Shown here piece after piece: positions 9,025 through 18,788 of a DNA stretch of 64,000 nt. The stretch is from Prevotella sp. (lineage in GTDB: Bacteria; Bacteroidota; Bacteroidia; Bacteroidales; Bacteroidaceae). The notes under the pieces are model-generated. The model made no database searches. It saw only the letters and a list, made by a program, of their open reading frames with translations, and was not told the origin of the DNA. The stretch covers positions 142,079 to 206,078 of the forward strand of contig JAFYYV010000001.1 in assembly GCA_017557405.1 (NCBI GenBank), given 5' to 3'. The position numbers were made by a program, and so were the translations under genes. How positions within the stretch are numbered: position 1 is the first letter of the stretch; each line of letters opens with the position of its first letter.

Positions 9025-10914
9025 ATGGTCTACAAGTCTTTAAGAATAATCTTATTAATGGCTATCGTCGCCATTACCACTCTGCCTGTCCAAGCGGGGC
9101 ACTATCAAAATTTCAAAGTGTCTACTTACATTCGAGCACAAGATGTGGCACGAATGGAGGACGAGCAATTTTTGAAATCCACATGGGAGACGGTGAGCAG
9201 CCAGGTCGATCTCGACAAAATCTACATCGAGACCCATCGCGATGCCTTCACTGTGCCCGAAAAGACGCTCACGAAAGTAAAGAAGTTCTTCCTCTCAAAA
9301 GGACTAGAGGTGGGCGGTGGCATTACCTATACTCGCTCGGAACCCACCGACTTCGAGACCTACAGCTACGCTCGCGAAAACGAACGGCAACAGGTCAAAC
9401 AAGTGGCGGAATTCACTGCCAAACATTTCGACGATTTCATCCTCGATGATTTCTTCTTCATCGACCTGAAGAATGATGATGAGATTGCCGCCAAAGAACG
9501 TAGTGGCAAGAGTTGGACGGAATATCGCCTACGGCTGATGGCCGATGCTGGTCGTGAACTGGTGGTGAACCCCGCCAAGGCTGTCAATCCCAAGGTGAAG
9601 GTCATCATCAAATATCCCAACTGGTATGATCACTTCCATGGACTTGGTTTCAACCTTGAAGAAGAACCTATCTACTTCGATGGTCTTTGGACAGGCACGG
9701 AAACCCGCGACCCCGCCTCAGCGCAGCACCTGCAGAACTATCTAAGTTATAATGTCGTGCGCTATTTCGACAATATCGCCCCAGGAAAAAATGGTGGCGG
9801 ATGGGTAGATGCTGGCGGCATCAACATGAGCATGGACCGTTACGCCGAGCAATTGCACCTGACCATACTGTCGAAGACACCTGAAATAATCCTTTGGAAC
9901 TATATGCAGTTGGCCGAAGTGACGATTACTCCAGGCATGCGTGGCCGCTGGCAGTCGGCTGGTGGCAATAGTTTCCGCTACGATGAGATGGTAAAACCAT
10001 TCACTAAAAACGGGAAGACCATCACACCGACAACGATGGCTCGCTTTGCCCACGTAACACTGCACGAAACCGACAAACTGATAGGAAAATTGGGCAACCC
10101 CATCGGCCTCGTCTCCTACAAACCCTATCACTCTTCTGGCGAAGACTTTTTGCAGAACTACCTCGGCATGATTGGTCTTCCAATGGACATGTATCCGCAA
10201 TGGCAGGACGGTCGCCAGCAGATTCTGCTCACCGAGCAGGCCGCCAAAGATCCTCAGATTGTGGAGAAAATCAAAGGACAGCTTCGCAAAGGCGGTGATG
10301 TCATCATCACCACTGGTCTCCTCAAGGCCATTCGTGAGCCTCTTGCCGACATTTGTGAACTATATTGTGGCGATCTGAAGGCCATTATCAATGACTTCGG
10401 TTGGTACGGTAAGTCACCACGTGAGTTCATCATCCCGCAGGTCAAGTACTTTACCAACGACGCTTGGGAGGTGGTCAGTGCGGGTCGTCCGCTCACTGGT
10501 GGTGTTTCAGGATATCCTATCCTGCTGCGCGACACCTATTCAAAGGGTACGCTCTACGTGCTCACCATTCCCGACGACTTTGGTAACCTCTACGACTATC
10601 CTGCCAACGCGCTAAACGTCATTCGACGCACTATGAGCAAGGACGTAGGCGCATACATCGAGGGACCATCGAAGGTGGCATTGTTCCCCTATGACAACAA
10701 GACACTTGTGGTTGAGAACTTCAACGACAATCCTGTCACGTTGCGTGTGGTAATCAATGCCAAGGTCAATAGTCTACGCTACTTGCTCACCAACAAGGAA
10801 CTAAAACCGGCCGAGGTCACAATCAACAACCACCGTTATGCCCCCTATAAAGAAGGTCAGACTGTGTTCGACGTGAACCTTGCAGCCCATAGTTACATCG
10901 GACTAGGTTATTAA
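9025..10914 (+). CDS. Secreted protein of unknown function (possible glycoside-hydrolase-like three-domain protein)
   Basis: Signal peptide ending VQA|GH. No motif I can assign to a named family. Sits between the HTCS and GH3 genes on the same strand. Confidence 0.4.
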   Translation: MVYKSLRIILLMAIVAITTLPVQAGHYQNFKVSTYIRAQDVARMEDEQFLKSTWETVSSQVDLDKIYIETHRDAFTVPEKTLTKVKKFFLSKGLEVGGGITYTRSEPTDFETYSYARENERQQVKQVAEFTAKHFDDFILDDFFFIDLKNDDEIAAKERSGKSWTEYRLRLMADAGRELVVNPAKAVNPKVKVIIKYPNWYDHFHGLGFNLEEEPIYFDGLWTGTETRDPASAQHLQNYLSYNVVRYFDNIAPGKNGGGWVDAGGINMSMDRYAEQLHLTILSKTPEIILWNYMQLAEVTITPGMRGRWQSAGGNSFRYDEMVKPFTKNGKTITPTTMARFAHVTLHETDKLIGKLGNPIGLVSYKPYHSSGEDFLQNYLGMIGLPMDMYPQWQDGRQQILLTEQAAKDPQIVEKIKGQLRKGGDVIITTGLLKAIREPLADICELYCGDLKAIINDFGWYGKSPREFIIPQVKYFTNDAWEVVSAGRPLTGGVSGYPILLRDTYSKGTLYVLTIPDDFGNLYDYPANALNVIRRTMSKDVGAYIEGPSKVALFPYDNKTLVVENFNDNPVTLRVVINAKVNSLRYLLTNKELKPAEVTINNHRYAPYKEGQTVFDVNLAAHSYIGLGY

Positions 10915-10926
10915 ATACAAAATGAA

Positions 10927-13206
10927 ATGATGATTATGATGACCAAACCATCCAAACGACATCTGATAGGCCTGACACTTATCTTTTGTCATTTATCTTT
11001 CAGCCCTGCAGGGGCACAGTCATACCCCACAGATTTGTTGGGACACGAGCAGCAAATCGACGACATTATCCGTGAAATGACACTCGAGGAAAAGGTCGGA
11101 ATGCTACATGGTAAGAACATGTTTTCATCGGAAGGTATCCCACGACTAGGCATTGCCGATGTAGAATATGCCGACGGACCTTTTGGCATTCGTGAAGAGA
11201 TGGAACCTCACTCATGGAACTCCGCCCATCTGACCACTGACTCGGCCACGTTCTTTCCCACTGGTTCGGCACTTGCCGCCACTTGGAGTACCGACTGGGC
11301 GTATGCCTACGGACATAGCATGAGTCGCGAAGCACGATTGCGTGGAAAAGATATGATTCTCGGACCTGCCATCAACATACAACGCTTCCCGACAGGAGGA
11401 CGAACCTACGAATATCTGAGCGAGGACCCACTGCTGAGCGGTATGCTCGCTGTGGCCTATACACGAGGGGCGCAGGATGATGGTACTGCGGTATGTCTGA
11501 AGCATTATGCGCTGAACAACCAAGAGGACTTTCGCGGCACGGTGGATGTACGCATCTGCGACCGTGCCATGCACGAGATTTACCTACGACCATTCGAAAT
11601 GGCTGTGTGCGAGGGTGATGCTTGGGGTATAATGGCCGCTTATAACAAAGTGAACGGGCGGTGGTGCTCGGAGAACGAGCATCTGCTCAACACGGTGCTA
11701 CGTCAGCAATGGGGTTTTCCAGGTATGGTCATCAGCGATTGGGGTGGTGTCCACTCCACTGTTGATGCTGTCACAGCGGGTATGAACGTCGAGATGCCTG
11801 GCAGCCGATTCATGGGAAAGGCTTTACTCGACTCCGTGAAAGCCGGCAAAGTCAGCGAAGCCGTCATTGACCAGCGTGTCCGTGAGATTTTACGTGTGAG
11901 ACTAACTGTGAAACCCATCGCCAAGGAAGAAGCAAACAAGAAACCCGTTGGCAATCCAGAAGAGATGATGACGGCTTTGGAGGTGGCGAGACGGTCGATA
12001 GTGTTGCTCAAAAATGAAGCATTAAGAACGAAGAAAGAAGAATTGGCCTTGCTACCCATTGATACGAAGCGCATTCGAAACATTGCCATCATCGGTGAGA
12101 ATGCGATAACAAAGATGGCGCTTGGTGGTGTTGGCGCAGGAGTGAAAACACGTTGTGAGATTACGCCTCTCGAAGGTCTACAGGCCGCTTTAGGAAATAA
12201 TGTCCAATTGACATACGTTCCTGGCTACAAGAGCTTCGACAATGCCAGTCGCAACAAGCGTCAGAGTCCACAGCAACCCGCCGACCAACAGTTGATGGCC
12301 GAGGCTGTGAAAGTAGCCAAGAAAGCTGACCTCGTCATTTTCTTTGCTGGCGACAACCGCGAGGTGGAAACGGAAGGTTCTGACCGTAAGAGTATCACGC
12401 TACCCTCAGGACAAGACGAGTTGGCTGTAGCCCTCGCCAAGGCAAACAAGCGGCTTGTAACAGTCATAGTGGCTGGCGGCCCTGTCGATGTCAGCACTGT
12501 CAGCGAAGTGTCAAGCGCCTTGTTGGTTTCGTGGTTCAACGGCTCGATGGGTGGTCAAGCGCTGGCCGAAGTGCTCACAGGCAAGATTTCACCATCGGGC
12601 AAACTACCTATGACTTGGCCTAAAAAGTTGGAAGATGTGCCAGCCTACGCCATGGGAAGTTATCCTCAGAAAGCCGAGAACAACCAAGGAGATATCTTTG
12701 TGGGGCTGGTGAATAATGGAAATAATGCTGTTCGTGAGAGAAGAGGCATGGGCGTCCAACCTGTTGCTAACTACACTGAGGAGAGTCTCGTTGGTTATCG
12801 CTGGTACGATACGAAGCAGGTTTCCGTAGCCTATCCTTTTGGATTTGGTCTCTCTTACGCACAATTCCAATACAGCGATTTGAAGGTGCAACCCACAGTA
12901 GAAGGGTTTGATGTACGTTTTACGCTCGCCAACAACTCCTCAATAGATGCTGAAGAGGTGGCACAAGTGTATGTCTCCCGTCCTGCATCTCGCATCGAAC
13001 GGCCAACCAAGGAACTCAAAGGATTCCAACGCATCGCCTTGAAAGCAGGTGAACGGAAGACAGTAACTATTCCTATTCGTCGCTCCGACCTCTGCCATTG
13101 GGATGAGGCAGCCCAGACTTGGATGCTCGAACCTGGTAACCTCAACGTGCTCGTTGGTGGTTCGTCTAACAATCTACCACTCAATCAAGGTACAATCATC
13201 AAATAA
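10927..13206 (+). CDS. Glycoside hydrolase family 3 beta-glucosidase-like enzyme
   Basis: Signal peptide. GH3 nucleotide-like core with the nucleophile context GMVISDWGG. C-terminal Fn3-like domain (ELKGFQRIALKAGE). Confidence 0.9.
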   Translation: MMIMMTKPSKRHLIGLTLIFCHLSFSPAGAQSYPTDLLGHEQQIDDIIREMTLEEKVGMLHGKNMFSSEGIPRLGIADVEYADGPFGIREEMEPHSWNSAHLTTDSATFFPTGSALAATWSTDWAYAYGHSMSREARLRGKDMILGPAINIQRFPTGGRTYEYLSEDPLLSGMLAVAYTRGAQDDGTAVCLKHYALNNQEDFRGTVDVRICDRAMHEIYLRPFEMAVCEGDAWGIMAAYNKVNGRWCSENEHLLNTVLRQQWGFPGMVISDWGGVHSTVDAVTAGMNVEMPGSRFMGKALLDSVKAGKVSEAVIDQRVREILRVRLTVKPIAKEEANKKPVGNPEEMMTALEVARRSIVLLKNEALRTKKEELALLPIDTKRIRNIAIIGENAITKMALGGVGAGVKTRCEITPLEGLQAALGNNVQLTYVPGYKSFDNASRNKRQSPQQPADQQLMAEAVKVAKKADLVIFFAGDNREVETEGSDRKSITLPSGQDELAVALAKANKRLVTVIVAGGPVDVSTVSEVSSALLVSWFNGSMGGQALAEVLTGKISPSGKLPMTWPKKLEDVPAYAMGSYPQKAENNQGDIFVGLVNNGNNAVRERRGMGVQPVANYTEESLVGYRWYDTKQVSVAYPFGFGLSYAQFQYSDLKVQPTVEGFDVRFTLANNSSIDAEEVAQVYVSRPASRIERPTKELKGFQRIALKAGERKTVTIPIRRSDLCHWDEAAQTWMLEPGNLNVLVGGSSNNLPLNQGTIIK

Positions 13207-13215
13207 CATACGACT

Positions 13216-14238
13216 ATGAAAATACTAATTATAGGTGGAACCGGCACCATCAGCAGTGCTATCACCCGTCAGTTGGCAGCAAGCGACCACGACCTATGGC
13301 TGTTGAACCGCGGAAATCACAAGGACGAGGTGCCAAGCAACGTGAAACAAGTCATTACAGACATCGACAACGAAAACGAAGTGCTTCGTCTGCTTGGCAA
13401 CGAACAATTCGATGCTGTCTGCGAGTTCATCGGCTTTTTGCCTTCACAAGTTGAGCGTGACATTCGACTTTTCAAAGGGCGCACCCGCCAATACGTATAT
13501 ATTAGTTCGGCATCTGCTTACAACAAACCAGCTGCCAGTCATATGATAACCGAAGGTACTACGCTCGCCAATCCTTATTGGGAATACTCCCGCAACAAGA
13601 TTGCATGCGAGGAACTGCTGATGCATGAGTATCGAGAGAATAGTTTCCCCGTCACCATCGTGCGCCCCAGCCATACCTATTGTGAGCGTGGTGTGCCTGT
13701 GAGCGTACATGGCCTGAAAGGCAGTTGGCAGGTTCTGAAACGCATGATGGAGGGCAAACCCGTGTTGGTACATGGCGATGGAAGTTCGCTTTGGACATTG
13801 ACATGGAACGAAGACTTTGCACGTGGTTTCATCGGTCTGTTGGGTAATCCGAAGACCATTGGCGAAGCGTTCCAAATAATGAGCGACGAGTCGTTGACTT
13901 GGAATCAAATCTATCAGTGTGTGGCAAATGCGCTAGGAGTAGAGTTTCGTCCTTACTATGTCGCTTCGGAGTTTCTCGCTGCTGTAGCACCTAAGTCATA
14001 CGACTTCACTGGCAATCTTTTGGGAGACAAATCTGTTACCGTCATCTTCAACTGCAGCAAACTGAAGCGTGCTGTTCCTGGTTTCCAAGCCACTACTCGT
14101 TTCGATGAGGGTGTATGTCGTTGTGTCGCCTATTTGCTGGCCCATCCTGAACTGCAAATAGAAGACCCCGAATTCGACGCGTGGTGTGATCGAGTCATCG
14201 AAGCACAAGAACAAACAAAAAAATCATTAACTAAATAA
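13216..14238 (+). CDS. NAD-dependent epimerase/dehydratase (extended SDR) family protein
   Basis: N-terminal Rossmann motif MKILIIGGTGTISSAI; length and YxxxK-type core (YSRNK). Confidence 0.8.
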   Translation: MKILIIGGTGTISSAITRQLAASDHDLWLLNRGNHKDEVPSNVKQVITDIDNENEVLRLLGNEQFDAVCEFIGFLPSQVERDIRLFKGRTRQYVYISSASAYNKPAASHMITEGTTLANPYWEYSRNKIACEELLMHEYRENSFPVTIVRPSHTYCERGVPVSVHGLKGSWQVLKRMMEGKPVLVHGDGSSLWTLTWNEDFARGFIGLLGNPKTIGEAFQIMSDESLTWNQIYQCVANALGVEFRPYYVASEFLAAVAPKSYDFTGNLLGDKSVTVIFNCSKLKRAVPGFQATTRFDEGVCRCVAYLLAHPELQIEDPEFDAWCDRVIEAQEQTKKSLTK

Positions 14239-14242
14239 GACA

Positions 14243-15427
14243 ATGAAAGACTTTATTTACTATGCACCGACGGAAGTGGTGTTCGGTAAACAATCAGAGG
14301 AGCAAGTGGCTCGTCTAATTAAGAAATATGGTGGCACAAAAGTGCTGGTACATTATGGTGGACAAAGCGCCATACGTTCTGGGCTACTTGACAAGGTTTG
14401 TGGCTTGCTCAACGAAGGTGGTGTGGATTTTGTTAAGCTAGGTGGCGTAGTGCCCAATCCAAGGCTCTCGCTGGCCCAAAAAGGTATCGAACTGTGCCGT
14501 AAGGAGAATATAGATTTCATCCTTGCTGTGGGTGGCGGAAGTGTCATCGACTCTGCGAAGTGCATTGCCTATGGTGTCTGCTTCAGCGGTAACGTGTGGG
14601 ACATCTATCTGGGCAAGGCTGTACCAACGGCAATGTTGCCATTGGCAGCAGTGTTGACCATCCCCGCTGCTGGTAGCGAGATGAGCGAGTCAAGTGTCAT
14701 TACCAATGAGGATGGCGATGTCAAGCTGGGTTATTCCAACGATTTGTCGCGCCCCAAGTTCGCCATCATGAATCCACGCCGCACATTCACCCTACCTCCT
14801 TACCAAACGGCAGCTGGCGTGACCGACATGATCATGCACACAATGGAACGTTATTTCACCAAGGACGATGATATGGATTTGACCACCGACTTGGCTGAAA
14901 CGGTGATGCGCCGCATGAAGACTGCCGTGTTCGATGTGCTGCGCACCCCCGAGGACTATCGACAGCGTGCGCAAATCATGTGGGGTGGCAGTTTAGCTCA
15001 CAACGGATTGACAGGCTGCGGTATCAGCGATGACTGGGCCACGCATCAGTTGGAACATGAACTGAGTGGTATGTTCGACGTGACGCATGGAGCCGGCCTT
15101 GCCGCCATCTGGCCGAGTTGGGCTCGCTATGTGATGCACGAGAACTTGAGCCGATTTGTTCGCTTTGCCGTCAACGTGATGGATGTTCCTAACGATTTCG
15201 CAGATCCCGAAGGCACTGCTCTCAAAGGCATCGAGGCGATGGAACGCTTCTACCACGCCATCGGAATGCCCACCAACATCCGCGAACTCATTGGCCGCGA
15301 CATCACCGATGATGAAATCAAGGAAATGACCCGCAAATGCAGCCGCAACTATACTGCTACCTGTGGTTGCCTGAAAGTGCTCAAGGCTGATGATATGGAA
15401 GCCATCTACAAAATGGCAAGAGGATAA
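14243..15427 (+). CDS. Iron-containing alcohol dehydrogenase (butanol dehydrogenase/YqhD-like)
   Basis: Fe-ADH motifs AVGGGSVIDSAK and histidine cluster HQLEHELS...THGAGL. Confidence 0.85.
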   Translation: MKDFIYYAPTEVVFGKQSEEQVARLIKKYGGTKVLVHYGGQSAIRSGLLDKVCGLLNEGGVDFVKLGGVVPNPRLSLAQKGIELCRKENIDFILAVGGGSVIDSAKCIAYGVCFSGNVWDIYLGKAVPTAMLPLAAVLTIPAAGSEMSESSVITNEDGDVKLGYSNDLSRPKFAIMNPRRTFTLPPYQTAAGVTDMIMHTMERYFTKDDDMDLTTDLAETVMRRMKTAVFDVLRTPEDYRQRAQIMWGGSLAHNGLTGCGISDDWATHQLEHELSGMFDVTHGAGLAAIWPSWARYVMHENLSRFVRFAVNVMDVPNDFADPEGTALKGIEAMERFYHAIGMPTNIRELIGRDITDDEIKEMTRKCSRNYTATCGCLKVLKADDMEAIYKMARG

Positions 15428-15451
15428 TAAAGCACTATTTCTATTGTTTTT

Positions 15452-18328
15452 ATGCGATATTTCACACTTATATGTGCCTTCTGGCTTCTGTCCACTCTTG
15501 TCGTTCAAGCGCAAAATGATGAAGACAGAGGTCTGACCGTCAGCGGAACCGTACAGGATGCTGAATTGAAAGAAGCGATAGCGCAAGCTACTGTGCAACT
15601 GTTCCGTTCGAAGGATAGTACGTTCGTTGGCGGCTCCATAACCGATTTGCGCGGTAATTTCTCAGTCGAAGCACCTGCGAATGGCATCTACCGACTGAAG
15701 ATTTCATCGATAGGATTCCAACCGATAGAACGTGAGGTTACACTACGACGCAACCAAAGTCAGGATTTGGGTAACCTATTGATGTCGCCCGACGCCGTCA
15801 TGCTGAAGGAGACCGTTGTTACGGGACGAGCAGCACAAGTGATTGTAAGAAAAGACACGCTGGTTTATAATCCAGACGCCTTCCGCACGCCTGAGGGGTC
15901 GCCTATCGAAGAACTCATCAAACGAATGCCTGGTGCCGAGGTCGATGAGGATGGTAACATCACCGTCAACGGAAAGGTGGTGCAGAAGATCCTGCTCGAT
16001 GGAAAAGAGTTCATGCTAGGCGACGTAGAGACGGCATTGAAAAACCTACCCGTTTCCATCATTCAGAATGTGAAATTCTACGACCAGCAAAGCGATCAAG
16101 CCCGTATCACCGGCATTGAGGACGGTAACAAGGAAACTGTGCTCGACTTCACGATTAAAAAGGGTATGAACCGCGGTTATATGACCAACCTCGATCTCGC
16201 TGGAGGCACCAAACATCGCTATGCTTCGCGCGGTATGGGTAGCAGCTTTACGGACAAGACGCGCTTCGTGTTGATGGGCAATCTGAACAATAAGGAAGAG
16301 AATGCAGGATGGTGGAACCGACGCGGATTGAACGCACGGAAGATGTTGGGTACTAACCTGAACTATGATGATGGCAAAAAACTGAAGATTGATGCCTCTG
16401 TGCGTTGGAATCATCGTGACGGCGACAACGAAAACGAGAACGCCAGTGAGAACTTCTATAGCCAAGATTATCGCACCTTCTCGAATAGTCGATCGAAGAG
16501 TCTCTCGCGTAGTAACAACTGGAACGGAAACATGCGCGTAGAATGGAAGCCCGATACGCTGACGAACATCTTGCTGCGCGCCAACGGCAGCCTTGGCACC
16601 AACGATGGTATTTCAACATCTGCTAGCGCCACGTTCTCGGAGGATCCGTATCTCTATACCGAAGACCCGTTAGGATCGTTAACCTCATTGTCTCCCTATC
16701 TCGTCAACCACAACCAAAGCGCCAGCCTCTCCTACGGCGAGAACAAGAACGCTTGGGCCATGTTGCAGTTGTATCGTCGCTTGAACCCAAGAGGCCGTAA
16801 CATCACTTTGCGTGTAGAAGGTAGCATGGGCGACAGCAAGAACCGCAACACCTCTAACAACGAGGTTCATTTGTTCCGTGTGAAAAACATTGCAGGCGAG
16901 GATTCCACCTATTTTACTGCCCGCTACAACACTACACCATCGGACAATCAGGGTTACGTGCTCAGCGCCAATTATAGCGAACCGCTTTGGAATGGTGCAC
17001 ATTTGCAAGCCAACTACGAGTTGCGATACAATCAGAACAAGAGTGACCGCCAGACTTACGACTTCAGTCTTCTGCCTCAGAATCCTTTTGCAGGCATTGC
17101 TCCCGAATACCGCGAATGGACCCCTTGGATTGACGACCTCTCACCTCTCGATGGCTATCTCGACAGGAATCTCAGTCGCTATTCCGAGTATAAGAACTAC
17201 ACGCACAATATCCGACTCACCTTGCGACATTATCAGGAGAAATACGACTACAACATTGGTTTCCTCGTACAGCCCCAGCACTCGAACTTCATCCAGGACT
17301 ATCGAGGCATCTATGTCGACACCATACGCAATGTCACCAACCTGACTCCCACGTTCGACTTCCATTATAAGTTCACCGACCAGCACGACATCTGGCTGCA
17401 CTATCGTGGCGACACTCGCCAGCCTGATATCACCCAGTTGCTCGACATCACCGACGATTCGAACCCGCTTTACATCACGCAAGGTAATCCGGGCTTGAAA
17501 CCGCAGTTTACCAACTCGCTGAACGTCTATTACAAGAACTACATCTCGAAATACAAGCGTTCTATCGTACTCTACGGAAACTATCGCCACATCCGCAACA
17601 GCATCTCGAATCTCGTACGCTACAACGCCGAAACGGGTGGAAGCTTGTCGCGACCGGAGAACATCAATGGTAACTGGAATGCCGACGGTGGTTTCACGTT
17701 TAACACCGCCCTCGATTCTGCAGCCCATTGGAACATCGGTACTGACACTCGTTTGCGCTACAACAACTACGTGAGTTATGTGGCTCAACGTGCTGCTGAT
17801 GCACAGAAGAACACCACGCGCACCACCAACCTGAACCAGCGGCTGAACCTCAGTTTCCGCAACGATTGGTTGGAAGTGACCATCGATGGTAACGTGAACT
17901 ACCAACACTCTCGCAACGAGTTGCAACCCACTGCCGACCTCGACACTTGGCATTTCAGCTATGGCGGACAAATCATGCTTCGTCTGCCTTACAACTTCGA
18001 GATTTCAACGAATTTGCACGAAAACAGCCGACGAGGATATAACGACCCGTCGTCGAACACGAACGAGCTTATTTGGAATGGGCAAGTATCGAAGACTTTC
18101 CTCAAAAGCAAGACGCTCGTCGTAGCACTCAACTTCTACGACCTCCTCAACCAACAGAGCAACTATGAGCGATGGGTTAATGCTACTGGTCGCAGCGATA
18201 CTCGCTATAACAGCATCAATAGCTACGCCATGCTCCACGTACGCTACCGCCTGAACATGTTCGGTGGAAAGGTCGACACTGAAGGCCGCTACGAAAAGAA
18301 ATGGGGTAACAACGATAGACGTCGTTGA
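15452..18328 (+). CDS. Outer-membrane beta-barrel family protein with N-terminal CarboxypepD_reg-like domain (TonB-dependent-receptor-like)
   Basis: Signal peptide ..VVQAQ. Carboxypeptidase-regulatory-like domain (GTVQDAELKEAIAQATVQLF), plug-like segment, then a long Asn/Tyr-rich beta-strand region. Confidence 0.8.
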   Translation: MRYFTLICAFWLLSTLVVQAQNDEDRGLTVSGTVQDAELKEAIAQATVQLFRSKDSTFVGGSITDLRGNFSVEAPANGIYRLKISSIGFQPIEREVTLRRNQSQDLGNLLMSPDAVMLKETVVTGRAAQVIVRKDTLVYNPDAFRTPEGSPIEELIKRMPGAEVDEDGNITVNGKVVQKILLDGKEFMLGDVETALKNLPVSIIQNVKFYDQQSDQARITGIEDGNKETVLDFTIKKGMNRGYMTNLDLAGGTKHRYASRGMGSSFTDKTRFVLMGNLNNKEENAGWWNRRGLNARKMLGTNLNYDDGKKLKIDASVRWNHRDGDNENENASENFYSQDYRTFSNSRSKSLSRSNNWNGNMRVEWKPDTLTNILLRANGSLGTNDGISTSASATFSEDPYLYTEDPLGSLTSLSPYLVNHNQSASLSYGENKNAWAMLQLYRRLNPRGRNITLRVEGSMGDSKNRNTSNNEVHLFRVKNIAGEDSTYFTARYNTTPSDNQGYVLSANYSEPLWNGAHLQANYELRYNQNKSDRQTYDFSLLPQNPFAGIAPEYREWTPWIDDLSPLDGYLDRNLSRYSEYKNYTHNIRLTLRHYQEKYDYNIGFLVQPQHSNFIQDYRGIYVDTIRNVTNLTPTFDFHYKFTDQHDIWLHYRGDTRQPDITQLLDITDDSNPLYITQGNPGLKPQFTNSLNVYYKNYISKYKRSIVLYGNYRHIRNSISNLVRYNAETGGSLSRPENINGNWNADGGFTFNTALDSAAHWNIGTDTRLRYNNYVSYVAQRAADAQKNTTRTTNLNQRLNLSFRNDWLEVTIDGNVNYQHSRNELQPTADLDTWHFSYGGQIMLRLPYNFEISTNLHENSRRGYNDPSSNTNELIWNGQVSKTFLKSKTLVVALNFYDLLNQQSNYERWVNATGRSDTRYNSINSYAMLHVRYRLNMFGGKVDTEGRYEKKWGNNDRRR

Positions 18329-18363
18329 TAAAAATGAATGAGAAAGTGTTCTCGTTTTATTTG

Positions 18364-18655
18364 GTGTAATATTTACACGCGAACGAACAGTTGAACAGTT
18401 TGTGTGTGTGAAACTGCAATGGAAGGTTATTATTATATTAAATATAATAATAAAAGTCTTGCGCACGTGAAAAAGAAAACTGTTCAACTGTTCGTTTGTT
18501 CGCTGTTCGTTCACATACCCCTATTCTTTTTGAAACAAGTGGCGTTGTCATTGATAATCTTTGACCTTGTCATTTGTGGCTTTTGACCTCGTCATTGCAT
18601 AGCTTTGACCGTGTCATTGATGGCCTTTGACAACGCCATTTGTGGTCTTTGACAA
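18364..18655 (+). repeat. Composite intergenic element, copy 2: long hairpin (18380-18496) plus five tandem 22-bp units (18547-18653)
   Basis: Collinear with 4204-4497, with scattered substitutions and small indels. Same arm, apex and unit order. The apex arms are conserved while the 3-nt loop differs (TAA vs AAT). Confidence 0.85.
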
Positions 18656-18706
18656 GGCTAAACTGTTTTACTTTGGCTACGTCCAAGATACCCTCGCTCA
18701 ACAATA

Positions 18707-18732
18707 AAAACAAAAAATCGGTTTTTTGTTTT
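18707..18732 (+). terminator. Weak A/T-rich hairpin, terminator-like
   Basis: AAAACAAAAAA, loop TCGG, TTTTTTGTTTT; lies about 50 nt after the repeat array. Confidence 0.35.
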
Positions 18733-18752
18733 GTATTGTTCTCGCTTATTCG

Positions 18753-18760
18753 TATCTTTG
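18753..18760 (+). promoter_or_regulatory. -7 promoter box TAtcTTTG for mnmG
   Basis: TAnnTTTG match 28 nt upstream of the ATG at 18789. Confidence 0.55.
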
Positions 18761-18788
18761 CGTCGTTAAAGAAGATTCTTTCTGAACA

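Noticed and set aside
17141-17971. 276-aa minus-strand ORF, and similar long antisense ORFs at 1532-2308, 4699-5415, 25824-26414, 59362-60060 and 47036-47641
   Set aside because: Each lies antisense to or overlaps a gene with strong family evidence. The compositions are Val/Arg/His-rich, typical of shadow frames.
18329-18788. oriC next to mnmG (gidA), as in many Proteobacteria and Firmicutes
   Set aside because: There are no TTWTNCACA matches in this gap. The only CCACA cores are internal to the 22-bp repeat units. The gap is explained by the composite repeat element plus the mnmG promoter.
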